DNA of 63,996 bases, filler included, from Malassezia furfur (lineage: Eukaryota): the NCBI GenBank assembly GCA_052055015.1. It is 3 parts of 3 records of this genome, joined end to end, with 100 filler letters (N's around TTAATTAATTAA, not from the genome) between each part and the next. Parts side by side here need not be neighbours in the genome. Positions count along the whole stretch, not along the records: positions 23,175 to 46,226 come from JBQJIT010000153.1; 2 more parts are not named here. One strand, written 5' to 3'. Below are positions 32,787-44,087 of this stretch, piece after piece. The notes beneath the pieces were generated by a model. It was not told where the DNA came from, did not search any database, and worked only from the letters and a program-made list of their open reading frames with translations. The first letter of the stretch is position 1; each line of letters starts with the position of its first letter. Made by a program: the position numbers and the translations under genes.

Positions 32787-33356
32787 ATGCTTCTCCGCAC
32801 GTACGCTCGCCCTGCCTCGCTTTTCATGCGCTCGATTGCTCCGACTGTGCAGCCTGTGCGCACAGTGACGTCGCTGAGCAAGACGATGTACACGGCTAAG
32901 GCGGAGTCGTCGGGTGGCGGCCGTAACGGCGTCGCCAAGCTGCGCGAGGAGGGCCCGCTCAAATTCCAGTTGGCCTTGCCCAAGTCGCTCGGTGGTAGTG
33001 GCGAAGGCCAGAACCCTGAGCAGTTCTTCGGTAAGTTGATGGCCTAACGCAGCTATGGGCTACTCTGCATGTTTCCTGAGTGCGCTCAACAGCATCGCTC
33101 GCAGCCAAAAGTACAAACTTCCGGAGGACACTGAGGTGCACGCCGATGTGAGTATTGGTGTGCCGGAGGGTTCGACGGGCTTTGCCCTTGCTGTGGAACT
33201 GGTCGTGAAGGGCTCGTTCCCTGGTTCTGACAAGGAGACTGTCGAGAAGCTGGTGCACGATGCCCACCAGATGTGCCCCTACAGCCGCGCTGTGTACGTT
33301 TTTCTATTTTCTTACGCAGCCGTAACAACATTCCGGTGTCGGTCTCGGTGGCCTAA
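32787..33356 (+). CDS. ohr: Ohr (OsmC/Ohr family) organic hydroperoxide reductase with mitochondrial presequence. Introns 33031-33052, 33294-33319
   Basis: GGGRNG, spliced NPEQFFAMGYSACF and AHQMCPYSRA motifs; both catalytic Cys are present. Confidence 0.9.
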
Positions 33357-33530
33357 GCGCATTGTAGTAGTCCCAACTTTCGTAGTACACACCTACATTG
33401 CCACGTTCTCAGCACTTCGCTCCGCGTCCGCAGTCCACTTCCAAACGCGTAGCTGCTGATTTCGGTATCGGCAAGCCGTTGTGACACAGCCGTGGTTTCC
33501 TGACAGCGTGACTGTTGTCTGAATACTGAA

Positions 33531-33843
33531 ATGCTGGGGCTAGGGACTATCTTCTATACGGCTTTGCTATTAATCAATGCCATTGCCATCCTTAATGAGG
33601 AGCGTTTCTTGAACCGAGGTATGGTGACAAACTAACCACAAGTGGGCTGGTCCAACAACTCGCGGTCGATGAGCTTCGACACAGACTCGGACGCAGGCGT
33701 CAAGACGCGGCTGGTGAACTTAATAAGTGCTGTCCGTGTTTTGCTACGGAGTATGTACGGTTGGAACCCCGCAATATCTTACACCAGTCCCGCTCATCGT
33801 CGTGAACATTCTTGTGATCATCTACGAGCTTATCCTAGGTTAA
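33531..33843 (+). CDS. YOS1: Yos1/IER3IP1 ER-Golgi membrane protein. Introns 33619-33642, 33752-33787
   Basis: Spliced product LLLINAIAILNEERFL.RVGW...VNLISAVR.LLRIPLIVVNILVIIYELILG. Only fragments appear in the ORF track. Confidence 0.9.
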
Positions 33844-33979
33844 CCATACATAGTATATCGTATCCGACGTTCCATGCATGCGTGTTGTGCTTAGGTCCGC
33901 CCGGCAATGTAGGTGTGCGCCCGATCTTGCAGTGTTGGTTAGTGCCTCGGAATTGCTCATCGGGAATTTGGTAAGTAGA

Positions 33980-36900
33980 ATGTCCACGCCGGACAGTGTT
34001 GTTCCTAGGAACAACGTCACGTCCCAATACGGTGAAATGGACGCTTATGCGCCAGACATGGCCGGCTCATCTGCCGCCGTGTACGAGCCTGACACAGTAC
34101 AGGCAAAACACAGACGCGGCGAAGCTAAAGAGCAACGTCGCCGGAAGCGCCGCATGCAGTTGGCGGCAGCTCTCATCGAAGCCGACAACGATGAGATTCA
34201 ACAGCGGATCGACTTCCTGGTGAACGTTGACCCAAGTTCAAAAGAGCTTCTCAACGATGACTCTTTGTTGCCAAAGTACGCGAACCAGAGCGTAATGTTT
34301 CATGATGCCGTTAACCCAACGGGCTGGCAGCAATATTCGCGCCCGGTGTATGTGCATCCGCCGCAGTCCATGCGGACCCTTACGCAATCATACCTTGGTA
34401 TGGCGGGAAAGCTGGTGGGAGACGACACAGAGGACCTGCATATCCTTGATGAAAGTACGGCTGCCGCACCCGAACCTACGTCGGTGGGAGAAGTTGCACA
34501 GAATCTACTAAGCATCAACTTACCTGACGAAGAGCTCGCACCAAGCATGGAAAAGACATGGGATACTGTGGAAAAGAAGGCCAACAAGCGTCGACCCACA
34601 CTGCGGAATGCATCTTCGCTGCCAGCCATACCCACGGTGGATGACCTTGATAATACCCAAGACCTATCTCTCGACACAACCCAAATCAACCCGGAGACAC
34701 AGAGTCGGAGCGCTCTGCTTCTTGCGCGTATTCGAAAATCGCGCATCGTTTCAGACTCTAAAGCGTCTGAAGGCGACATGAGTGTCGACTTGGATGATTC
34801 GCAACAGGACAACAAGCCGACGGATCAACCACCCGAGACACAGCAGGGCGTTGAACCTGAACGACTTGAGCCCCCAGTGTCCCACGAGTCGACCGAATCG
34901 TCTGACCCTGTGAGTGGGTCAGTCTCCGATCTCCAAGGGTTTCGTGCAAGGGTACTTAAGTCGCGACCTGACCGTCGCAGGTCGAGCCGACGGCATTCTC
35001 TGGCCGTCTCTGGTTGGCCTGGTGAAGTTGTACTGCATGAGCTACTTCAGCCAGCTCAGCCAGACAATGATCCGGAAGTGGACGAGAAAAAGACCGGCAG
35101 CCATGGCGCAGACGGCACAGGGAACGAGTCGATGCAAGCCATTGCCCCGCTCCTTGCGCGACGAGCCTCGTCGCACCACAAAGATTTGACGTTTTCAAAA
35201 TGGACGAAACGCAAGCGTGGCCTGCGCTCGCTTTTTCCTTTTGAGCGACGAAAACCGCCCAGCCAGGCCCGTATGGTCCAAGACGAGCCGATGCTCTTGC
35301 TGGACATTTCAGAAGACCAACCTGCTACGACTAACACACAGACGATCCTTACGGAGCCATCGCCTGTTGTCGACCGAAACAATACGGAAACGTTTGCAGC
35401 GTCTCAGCCTTACCAGGACGAAGAACTGGTGGGAGTCAGTTTGCAAACACCAATTGTTGATCAGCCCTCGCACCTGGAAGCTTCGAACCCTGTACATGAA
35501 CCCATTCCAGCATCGACGAAGCTTCCTCAAAACGAGATGCAGCACACTGTCTCGTTTGAGCCCAATGAGGTTGCCCTTCCGGCCCGGGCCCAACGCATCA
35601 CCTTTATTTGTATTCCACCGCCATTGGAGCACATGCCCCGTGAATACCCACAAACCGCCTTTTATGTCCCGCACGGAGCGTTCTATGTCGACGATCGAGG
35701 TGTTGTTCTTCCTCGCAACAAGACGCAAAACGAGGCCCATTATGAATTGGACTTTGGACCTGTGGAAGTACCCGCAGGGATTGGACGACGTGTCTTGTAT
35801 CCTACAACGGCCCTCTTCCGCAACGTGCTTGTTACTCGTGACGAGGAGCACGAAGGATGGGGCTTTGAGCGATTCACGAATGCCTTGGCTTACTTCAGTG
35901 CCCTCCATGCCGATGACGATGACTCGGACGACGAAGTGCCTCTCATGGATGTACGTATCCAAACCAAAGAAGAGCAGCTCGCACGACGACGCATTCACCG
36001 TGAACGCGTTCGCCGGAAGCGCGCGCGTATGGAGCGCCACCGCCTTCGCGAGCTTGCTAAGCGCCAAGGGAAGCGCGCATCGGTATTTGGCATCCCTGAG
36101 GAAAGCAGCGAGAGTGCCTCGGACGACGTGTCCACGGACTATTCGAGTTTTAGCAGTGATGAGTCGGATCCTGAACAATTGTGGAAAGACGATCGGCGAC
36201 CAGCAGGCAAGCTGTATGGCAAGAGTCTGCTTGCCATGGCCAATGAGTATGACAATCACAAACTCTCTCGGGTCCGCTTCTACGGCCAGGACCACACCAA
36301 GAACGCGCGTCACAGTGCACCAGCGGATGGCTTGGGCGGCTTCCACAATGACACACGCGAGCGTATGACCAAGGTATTTGCCCCCCATCCGCGCTGGATG
36401 AACGACATTGCGCGTCGTGATGCGGAGAACGCCACAGACCAGTTCAAAACCTTGTCGGTGGGTGGTACACCGCTCCTTGGTGAGCGGGAACAAACCGATT
36501 TGCTTATGGAGCCCGGTGTCCAAGAAGGCATCATTTTCCCCTCGGTGCACGACGCGCAAGAGGCCGAGGCGCGTGCCGCCGAGGAAGCCGACGACGTGGC
36601 CGTTGCTGCCTGGCAGGACTCTTCGAGCGACGATGAACCTGAGTCCGACCGTAAGTCGACGCGCTTCCAGCCCGAGAAGCCGAGATGGGAGGCACAAGAA
36701 GAAGACGACTTGCCGCTCGACCAGCTGCGCCGCCGCTCGGCGCCCGTGCGCGCAAAGCCACCGATGGACGACTCAGACGACGAGCAGCCCTTGGGCAACC
36801 GACACCGCCAAGCGGCGATCATCGCCGAAAATCAGGCCTTGATTCGGCAGCTTATGGAGGAAAACCGGCAAGTGCGCATGTCGCTCCAAATGCTGACATC

Positions 36901-38242
36901 GGCTCCGTACGTCATGCCGTGGATGCCGCCGCAGCTTCCGGGTCAGTTTGCGCCCATGCCGCATTTCGACGAAGATGCGCCGTTGCTGGGCGACGAAGTG
37001 CAGGACGTGGGGATTATGGCATCCAACGACTCGGCTGCTTTGACTCATTTTGGCACGACGCCCATGGCGCAGAGCAAGGAGTACTTTGACGCCATGCGCA
37101 GTTCGATGTATTCGAACGAGGCACCCATGCCTATGGACATGAAGTCCGGCCTGGGTCTCACGAGTACATACGGTACGAATGGCCAAGCAGAACAGGCCGA
37201 AGGCGCTGCGCCTTTTTACGACGGCGCAGAAGACCATTATATTCCAGAGGATCTTGGTGAAGAGCATTGGGATGCACGCCTGCAACCGCCCTGGTCCCAG
37301 GATGAGCCTGCGCAGTCTGAAGCTATGCATGGTGAGTACGAGCAAGGCGCGTACGTCAGCCAAAGCGAACACCTCTACGACCAGGCGTGGTCCCAGGCGC
37401 AACAAGAATACGAGCAAGAGGCATATGAACGTGAACAGTACTACGCACAGGACAACGATGGACAGTACCATGCGTACGAACAGGAGCAATATGCCTATCC
37501 TACCGACGAGCAGGGCGAATATGCCTACAATGCTGATGAGCATGGGCAGTACGCCTACAATACGGGCGAGCATGGCCAATATGAATACGATGCCAACGAG
37601 CACGACCGGTATGCATACAACGGCGGTGAAAACGGCCAGTATGAATACAACCGCAATGAGCATGACCAGTACGCATACAATGCCGGCGAGCATGGCCAGT
37701 ATGAATACAACGGCAATGAGCATGGAGAGTATGCGTACAATGCCGATCAACTTGGGCAATATGCACACCATGGTGATGAGCACGGGCAGTATGCGTACAA
37801 TGGCGAAGATGGCCAACATGAATACCATGGAGGCGAACATGGCGACCATGCGGGTGGCTATTACGACCAGCAAGGCGAGCCTGCTCAATATGAAGGGCAG
37901 GATCAGTACGTGAGCGGCTACGACACGTACGGTGAGACATACGGCCAGGAAGCGCTGGAGAGGCAATCCTCTGAGTCTTTCCCGAACCCCTACCCTGAAC
38001 ATCCTGCCGATACATACGCTGGCGATTATGCACCATCGCAGCCCTGGGATGCGCATGCGTTGCACCGCGAAGTCTCGGAGTGGCTTGCCGCACCCGAAGA
38101 AATGCGCAGTGCTTCCGAGATCAAAGGCCCTCGCTTCGAAGAACTTGTCGATCTGCCGCGCACATCCGCGGCGGAGCAGCCGACTGGTCACCCGGCCACC
38201 GAGTCGGACCTACTCGATCTGTACTCGATAGAGGCCTCGTAG
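33980..38242 (+). CDS. Large low-complexity hypothetical protein (about 1420 aa) with C-terminal Tyr/Glu/His/Gly decapeptide repeats
   Basis: Uninterrupted 4.26-kb ORF in a lower-GC region. No recognisable domain. Confidence 0.8.
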   Translation: MSTPDSVVPRNNVTSQYGEMDAYAPDMAGSSAAVYEPDTVQAKHRRGEAKEQRRRKRRMQLAAALIEADNDEIQQRIDFLVNVDPSSKELLNDDSLLPKYANQSVMFHDAVNPTGWQQYSRPVYVHPPQSMRTLTQSYLGMAGKLVGDDTEDLHILDESTAAAPEPTSVGEVAQNLLSINLPDEELAPSMEKTWDTVEKKANKRRPTLRNASSLPAIPTVDDLDNTQDLSLDTTQINPETQSRSALLLARIRKSRIVSDSKASEGDMSVDLDDSQQDNKPTDQPPETQQGVEPERLEPPVSHESTESSDPVSGSVSDLQGFRARVLKSRPDRRRSSRRHSLAVSGWPGEVVLHELLQPAQPDNDPEVDEKKTGSHGADGTGNESMQAIAPLLARRASSHHKDLTFSKWTKRKRGLRSLFPFERRKPPSQARMVQDEPMLLLDISEDQPATTNTQTILTEPSPVVDRNNTETFAASQPYQDEELVGVSLQTPIVDQPSHLEASNPVHEPIPASTKLPQNEMQHTVSFEPNEVALPARAQRITFICIPPPLEHMPREYPQTAFYVPHGAFYVDDRGVVLPRNKTQNEAHYELDFGPVEVPAGIGRRVLYPTTALFRNVLVTRDEEHEGWGFERFTNALAYFSALHADDDDSDDEVPLMDVRIQTKEEQLARRRIHRERVRRKRARMERHRLRELAKRQGKRASVFGIPEESSESASDDVSTDYSSFSSDESDPEQLWKDDRRPAGKLYGKSLLAMANEYDNHKLSRVRFYGQDHTKNARHSAPADGLGGFHNDTRERMTKVFAPHPRWMNDIARRDAENATDQFKTLSVGGTPLLGEREQTDLLMEPGVQEGIIFPSVHDAQEAEARAAEEADDVAVAAWQDSSSDDEPESDRKSTRFQPEKPRWEAQEEDDLPLDQLRRRSAPVRAKPPMDDSDDEQPLGNRHRQAAIIAENQALIRQLMEENRQVRMSLQMLTSAPYVMPWMPPQLPGQFAPMPHFDEDAPLLGDEVQDVGIMASNDSAALTHFGTTPMAQSKEYFDAMRSSMYSNEAPMPMDMKSGLGLTSTYGTNGQAEQAEGAAPFYDGAEDHYIPEDLGEEHWDARLQPPWSQDEPAQSEAMHGEYEQGAYVSQSEHLYDQAWSQAQQEYEQEAYEREQYYAQDNDGQYHAYEQEQYAYPTDEQGEYAYNADEHGQYAYNTGEHGQYEYDANEHDRYAYNGGENGQYEYNRNEHDQYAYNAGEHGQYEYNGNEHGEYAYNADQLGQYAHHGDEHGQYAYNGEDGQHEYHGGEHGDHAGGYYDQQGEPAQYEGQDQYVSGYDTYGETYGQEALERQSSESFPNPYPEHPADTYAGDYAPSQPWDAHALHREVSEWLAAPEEMRSASEIKGPRFEELVDLPRTSAAEQPTGHPATESDLLDLYSIEAS
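37490..37845 (+). repeat. Degenerate 30-bp coding tandem repeat, about 11-12 copies of Y[AE]YNxxEHGQ
   Basis: YAYNADEHGQ, YAYNTGEHGQ, YEYDANEHDR, YAYNGGENGQ, YEYNRNEHDQ, YAYNAGEHGQ and further copies in the translation. Confidence 0.9.
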
Positions 38243-38249
38243 ATGTACA

Positions 38250-39002
38250 TTATGTTTTCACGATGCATGGGACCTGAACGACTCGGTCTTCTTGTGTGCC
38301 AGTCCTATCCACCTCCGGAAAATGGTTCAGGAGAGGCACGAGATGCGACATGATGCGCACCTTGCCTGGAAGTTGGTGGTGCGTTACGCGTGCGCTTGTT
38401 GAGGGCGTAGAGAAAAAGAGCGTGACGCCATGGTCGTGCACGATACAAGCCGGTAAGACGCCGTAGCCCGCATCGATGCGGGGAAAAGCATCGTCATGCT
38501 TGGGATCAAACCAGAAACCCAGGACGGACCGCGGGATGGCGAGGGTGACGCTCTCAGTACCAATCCAGTGCATCTCTTGCAGTTCACGAAGAAACGTCTG
38601 CCCGATTTGCTTCCCCACAAAGCAGACAACTTTGGGCTGGTACGTGCGCACTTTGTCAACCAGCTCTGGGACGCCTGCAGCAAGCTCTGACTTGGCCAGC
38701 TGCTCGCTGCGAGCTGTCGGTCTGTGTGCCAGGTTGGTGAGACCCAGTTTATAGGGTTCCTGCAGCGGGAATGACCAGTCGTCCGTCGGCGCGAGCCGCT
38801 CGGACGTCAGACCCGACTGGTGCACGCATGTATAGAAGTGGTTGGAGCGGTGCGCATAATGCCGCTGCTGTGCGCCCGATTCGGCACCTGGATTGATGCC
38901 GCAGATTAGCACATCCAAACCGTTTGCCAGATAGTCCGGCACGCGCTGGGGACTCGGCGCAAAAAAGCGAGACGCAACCACCCGGCGCGGCGCACGCACC
39001 AT
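38250..39002 (-). CDS. G/U mismatch-specific DNA glycosylase (TDG/MUG family)
   Basis: LDVLICGINPG, HYAH.SNHFY, GLTNL..RPT, PKVVCFVGK and PSTSAR motifs. Confidence 0.88.
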   Translation of the reverse strand: MVRAPRRVVASRFFAPSPQRVPDYLANGLDVLICGINPGAESGAQQRHYAHRSNHFYTCVHQSGLTSERLAPTDDWSFPLQEPYKLGLTNLAHRPTARSEQLAKSELAAGVPELVDKVRTYQPKVVCFVGKQIGQTFLRELQEMHWIGTESVTLAIPRSVLGFWFDPKHDDAFPRIDAGYGVLPACIVHDHGVTLFFSTPSTSARVTHHQLPGKVRIMSHLVPLLNHFPEVDRTGTQEDRVVQVPCIVKT

Positions 39003-39027
39003 CGAAGTGGAGGTGACTGGACCCACG

Positions 39028-39645
39028 ATGTTCGTTTCGCGGGTGGTGCGCACACCTTGTGTGCGGTTTGTACGCAACGTGCAGAAATCGATGTAGGTGG
39101 CTTGCTTATCCAGGCTCGACATTGGCGGGCATGATTCGCACAACACGGCGAACCTGTCGGTGCTCAAAGCGCGTCCCGGCCGTATCGAGGGCGAGTTTGC
39201 GATCGGCAAGGAGAATCGTAGGTCGTGCCGCTGACGCAGTGAACCGCGCCGGAACGCTTCATGGCGGCCTGATCATGACGCTAGTGGACTCGGTGGGCTC
39301 GCTTGCCGTCGCATCTAAGGGCTGGTATAACACGGGTATCTCGACCGACATCAACGCAACCTTTGTCAAGCCCGGCGGGCGCATGGGCGACAAAGTCACT
39401 GTGCTGGGCGAGGTCGTGGCCATGGGTACGTTTGCGCACTCACGCAGGCAAGACGCTCGCATACACACGCATTGAGCTGCGTGATCCCAAGACGCAGGCA
39501 ATCCTCGGTACGTGACTACGTACTGACCCCAGCCTATGGCAGCCACACCAAGTTCATCCGTATGGCGTTCGGGTCGAAGGAGAACGTCGAGTTTGACGAG
39601 TCCGGCGAGAATGTCGTACAAGGCACGCTGCCGGAGGGCGTGTAA
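39028..39645 (+). CDS. PaaI/ACOT13-like acyl-CoA thioesterase. Introns 39093-39113, 39218-39239, 39426-39447, 39508-39532
   Basis: Spliced NLNRAGTLHGG...LVDSVGSLAV, GISTDIN, MGKTLAY and AYGSHTK hotdog-fold motifs. Confidence 0.88.
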
Positions 39646-42600
39646 TTAGGGCTGTGTCACCCAGCGCCCCTGTTCGTAGCGTTGCTTCGCAGTGACCGCC
39701 GGTAGTTCCCAACCCAGCCCCTGCCCCACACCGCCATCCTCCATCGCGCCGCCGTACCGCGGCGTGAGTAGCACGGCGCGCTCGAGCACCTTGCTCGAGC
39801 CCTTTTTGCGGTCACGCATCGACGCCGCCAGTTTGCCGAGCGTCGCCGAGGGCTGTGCCTCGGTCGGCTGCGAGAAAGTGCAGAGCGTGCGCCCGAGCTT
39901 GGGCAGCCAAGCGGGGTTGATGCGCGTGAGCATCTTGAGCCACACTTTGGGTACCGGTACCTCCTCATCGTCGGCTACCGCATGCTTTGGGGCGCTTTGG
40001 TGCAGCTCGCCAAACACCACCCACTCTGGCGGTGGACGGTGGAAGAAGGTAGAGCTCATGTGAATATACACGGGCCCCTGGACGCCCAGCGCAACGTATG
40101 GGACGTGGCGCGTACTTGCGAGCTTGCTGCCGCGCGCCGCGGGCGTGTTCTCGGCCTCGGGCGCACCGACAACATCGGCGCGGACGGCGACACGGTCAAT
40201 GTAGATCGCCGTGAGAAACTGGCGAAGCACTTTGCACTGCACCGCCGACGGCGGAGCCAGCGATGGATCGAGCAGGCGCCGTTCCTCGGCATCCGAGATC
40301 CCGCTCAGATTCGCGAGCATGATCTGACCGAGCTGCGCACGAAGCTGGTGGATCTCCTCCATTGCCTTGCGGCGCACAAAGTGCGACTGGCAGAACGCCG
40401 AGGCGGCGCCATGGGCTGCCTCGTGGGCGTAGGCGCCCACGACGCTCAGTAAGCGGAAGGCATCGCTCTGGCCCTCGCCCAGCGCGTCAAAGATACGCAT
40501 CGCACCATAGTATGCCGCGCGCGCCTTGCGACGCACCTCTTTGGCCTCGGCAGGGTCCATGTCGGGCGGCACATCGGGCGTCCGATCCCCGCGCTCAAAC
40601 ACGTCGCCGACGCTCAGCGCCGCGACCAGGGCGGCCGCGTACGGAAGGCAGCCCTGCTGGTTGCTCTGCGCGAGCAGTTTGGCATACCGTGGGAGCACCG
40701 GGAACAGAGCCATGACGCGGCCCAAGGCAGTGATCGACGCGTGCAGGTCGCGCCGGCCACCGGCGCGGCGGGCCTCGGCGGCCTCCAGGGCGCCAAGATG
40801 GACGAGCGTGCGCTCGGCCCGGCGCAGTGCATCGCGCTCGGGCGGTGTGGGGAAGGGGAAGTTGGCGACGTTGTCGATGTTCATGGCCTTCATCTGCAGC
40901 ACGAGTCCTTCGACGGGTGTGCGTAGGATTTCAGGCACGCTGAACGGAGGGAATACCTCCTCATACACCGCCGACGAGTACAGCCGGTAGCAGTGGCCGG
41001 GCCCTGTACGTCCTGCACGCCCCGCACGCTGCGCCGCCGACGCCTTGCTGATCCATGTGATGTTGTACGACTGCACCTGGCTGCGAGGGTCCAAGTGCCG
41101 CTCCTTGGCGCGGCCCGTGTCGACAACATACTTGATGTTGGGGATCGTGATTGAGGTCTCCGCGACATTGGTGGCCACCACGACAAGCCGCGTGTTCTCG
41201 GGTGGATCTTCAAACACGCGCTGCTGCTCCTCGTTGGGCAGCAGGGAGTAGAGCGGCAGGATGTGCATCGGCGTCGACGATGGCTCCAGCGTACCGAGCT
41301 CGTCGTCCGCCTCCTCGTCGTCGTCCTCGTCGTCCGTGTCGAGCGCGTCGGGGTCCGCCTCTACGTCCTCCGGCTCGTCCACTGCAGGTAGCGCATCGGT
41401 GCCGAGCTCGACGTCCTCGGCCTCCAGGGCGACGTCACGCGCCGAAAGCGCCTGCGTGCGCGTCGGCATGCGCTGCGCCGCCTTGCGTGCGAGCGCATCA
41501 GCACCGTACCGCTGCTGCAGCTTACGGCACACCGTCATCACCTCCTGCTGGCCCGTGACAAAGATGAGAATCCCGCCGTGGGGCAGCCGTGCGTGGATCT
41601 TGGACGCCTTCTTGATGGCCTCGGTGACGTAGTCCTGCACGGTACGCCGGTTAAAGTGGATCGCCACGGGGTGCTGTCGCGCACCGATCTGGATCAAGGG
41701 CGGCGGCGTAGGGAAAAGTGTCGTGTTCTGCGTAAAGTCGCCCACCCGCAGCGTCGCACTCATGATTACGAGGCGCAGGGGGCGCGGCGAGGCAAGGCCC
41801 AACTCGCCACTCGCCCAGCGCTGCTCGCGCAGGCGCACAACACGGCTCAGCATGCCGATCAGCACGTCGGTGTTAACGCTGCGCTCGTGCGCCTCATCGA
41901 CCACAATCACGCTGTACTTGGTCAAGAGGAGGTCCTGCGCCAACTCGCGCAAGAGCACACCGTCTGTCATAAACTTGATCTGTGTATGCGGACCGGTGGT
42001 CGCATCGTACCGGATCTGGTGCGCGACGCGGTGCGAGTCCAGACCCAGCTCGTGCGCCACACGCTTGGCCATACTCACGGCCGCGACACGACGCGGCTGG
42101 GTGACACCAATCATGCCGGGGTTTGCTGCGTAAGTGCATGGCGACGTACCGCTCCCAGCCGTGGCGTACGCAGCTTCGTACAAGAACTGGGGAATCTGCG
42201 TCGTTTTGCCGCTGCCCGTCTCACCACACAGCACCGTCACGGGGTTTTCATTGATGGTGCGCACGACGAGGTCTTCTTCCGCGACCACTGGCAGAGCCAT
42301 ACGTGCCGCCTGCAGTGTCTCGTCACGCTGGACTGGGACATGGCGAACAGGCGCTTTCGTTGCACGGAAATGCGCCTCCTCATCAAAGAAGCGCTTGGCG
42401 AACGACGACTTGGACGCGGGCGACGCAACGTCCCGGCCCAACGGACCGCGCGCCTTGCCGTCCTGCGGGCCCAAATCACGCACGCGGACGACGTGGCCGC
42501 CCACAGGTTGCAGCTCGTGGCCGTCCGTATCAAAGTCAGGACGCGCAAGGTGCATAGCCTCCATGGCCCACTGCTTGAAGGCCTTGGTGCGTGCCGACTC

Positions 42601-44017
42601 ACCAAGGCCCCAACGCTTGGACTGGGGTGCGTCTGCCTGTGCTGTTTCGTCCGTGTCACCAGATTCCTCTGCATCCTCGTCTTCGTTTTCGTCTTCGTCG
42701 TCGTACTCGTCTTCGTCGTCGTCCTCATCTTCGTCCGTATCTGCGGCTTCCTGTCCTTCTTCGTCATCTTCGTCCTCATCATCCTCATCCTCGCCTTCGT
42801 CATCACTTTCACTGTCGTCCCCGCTCTGCTCCGTACTCTCCTCGTCAGAATCCGAGTCCACGGCCTTCTTCTTCCCTTTGCTCGCAGAGGCTTTGGGGGC
42901 AGTATCGTCCGGCAGCATACCGCGCAGGCGCATCGCATGCAGCAGCACGGCTTCTTCCTCCTCGTCCGTGTCCTCCTCTTCCGAGACGAGCTCGTCCGTA
43001 GCGACCGAATCGTCGCTGTCCATCGCCTCGTCATTTTCCGGTCGTTTCCACGCGCGTTCCGCGGCAACACGTTTCCGGGACTCTTCGATGGCTTTGTCGA
43101 CGTCGTATACGTGCACGTCCTCATCACCGTCGTCACTGTCGTCGTCACTGTCGTCGCTGTTGTCGCTGCTGCCGTCGGCACTTTCGTCACCGCCGCTGTC
43201 GCTGCTCTGTGTCTTGCCCATGCGTCCGTACCGGATACGGTCCTGCACAGACATGTTCACCTTGCTCTGCGGCCCCGTACGCTTGCGCTTGCGCACGATC
43301 GGTGCAAGGGGCTGGCCGTCGGGGCCCATGGCCAGCGCCGAGCCGACGGCCGGTGTAACGGTGGGCGCCGGCTGTGCAGCAGGTGGGTCGAAGCGACGCG
43401 CTGCCTCGACAATACGCGAGTGCCGTGCATCCGCCTCTTCCTGTGTGGGAAGCTCGGGCTGCTCGGAGTCCTCGACGAGTTCACGGTCCAGCTCTTCAGT
43501 CTCGGGTGCGGCATCGAGGTCTTCGTCCTCGTCGTCCTCGTCCACCTGGAATGCACCACGTTTCGAGGAGGAACTTGCGCCCAACATTTTCTGCACACGT
43601 TCCGCCTCGCGTGCAGCGCGGCCTGTGCCGAGCGTCGCGGCGCTCACCAGCTCGGTGCGGTCGCGGATGTCGGCAGAAGAGTGCGCGAGCTTCTCCAGGA
43701 GCCGCGCCTTTTCCTCCTTGCGCAGCTTGGCCTCGATATACTTGTCGAGTCTGCGTTTCTTCTTGTTGTTGATGCGTGTGTTTTCATCGTTTCCGCCTTC
43801 GCGCAGGAGCTGGAGTGAGTGGACAACCACCTACCTCGCGGCGGCGCCGGTCGGCCTCGGCGAGCGCAGCGCGCGTCGCATCGTCCATTATGAGCGCATT
43901 GCTATTCGCCTCCTGGTCTGCGATGCGCTCGCGCATCGACTTTTTCCCCTTGTGTGAGCCGCCGACGCTCGACTGGCGCGCCTTGGCATTGAACCGCTCG
44001 CGCCGCTTTGGCCGCAT
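39646..44017 (-). CDS. ECM16: DEAH-box RNA helicase Dhr1/Ecm16 (DHX37). Introns 43810-43834 and probably 42126-42149
   Basis: N-terminal RERFNAKARQS and KKKRRLDKYIE, then GETGSGKTTQ, DEAHER, SAT and QRAGRAGR. Confidence 0.92.
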
Positions 44018-44087
44018 GGTGCGAGGTGGAGGCCACTTTTTTTTCGCGCACAGCTTAGTCACCGGGGTTCGTGGTGCGCTACACAGG

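Noticed and set aside
37490..37845. 30-bp periodic array as CRISPR-like
   Set aside because: It is an in-frame degenerate coding repeat with no unique spacers or cas genes, in a eukaryotic context.
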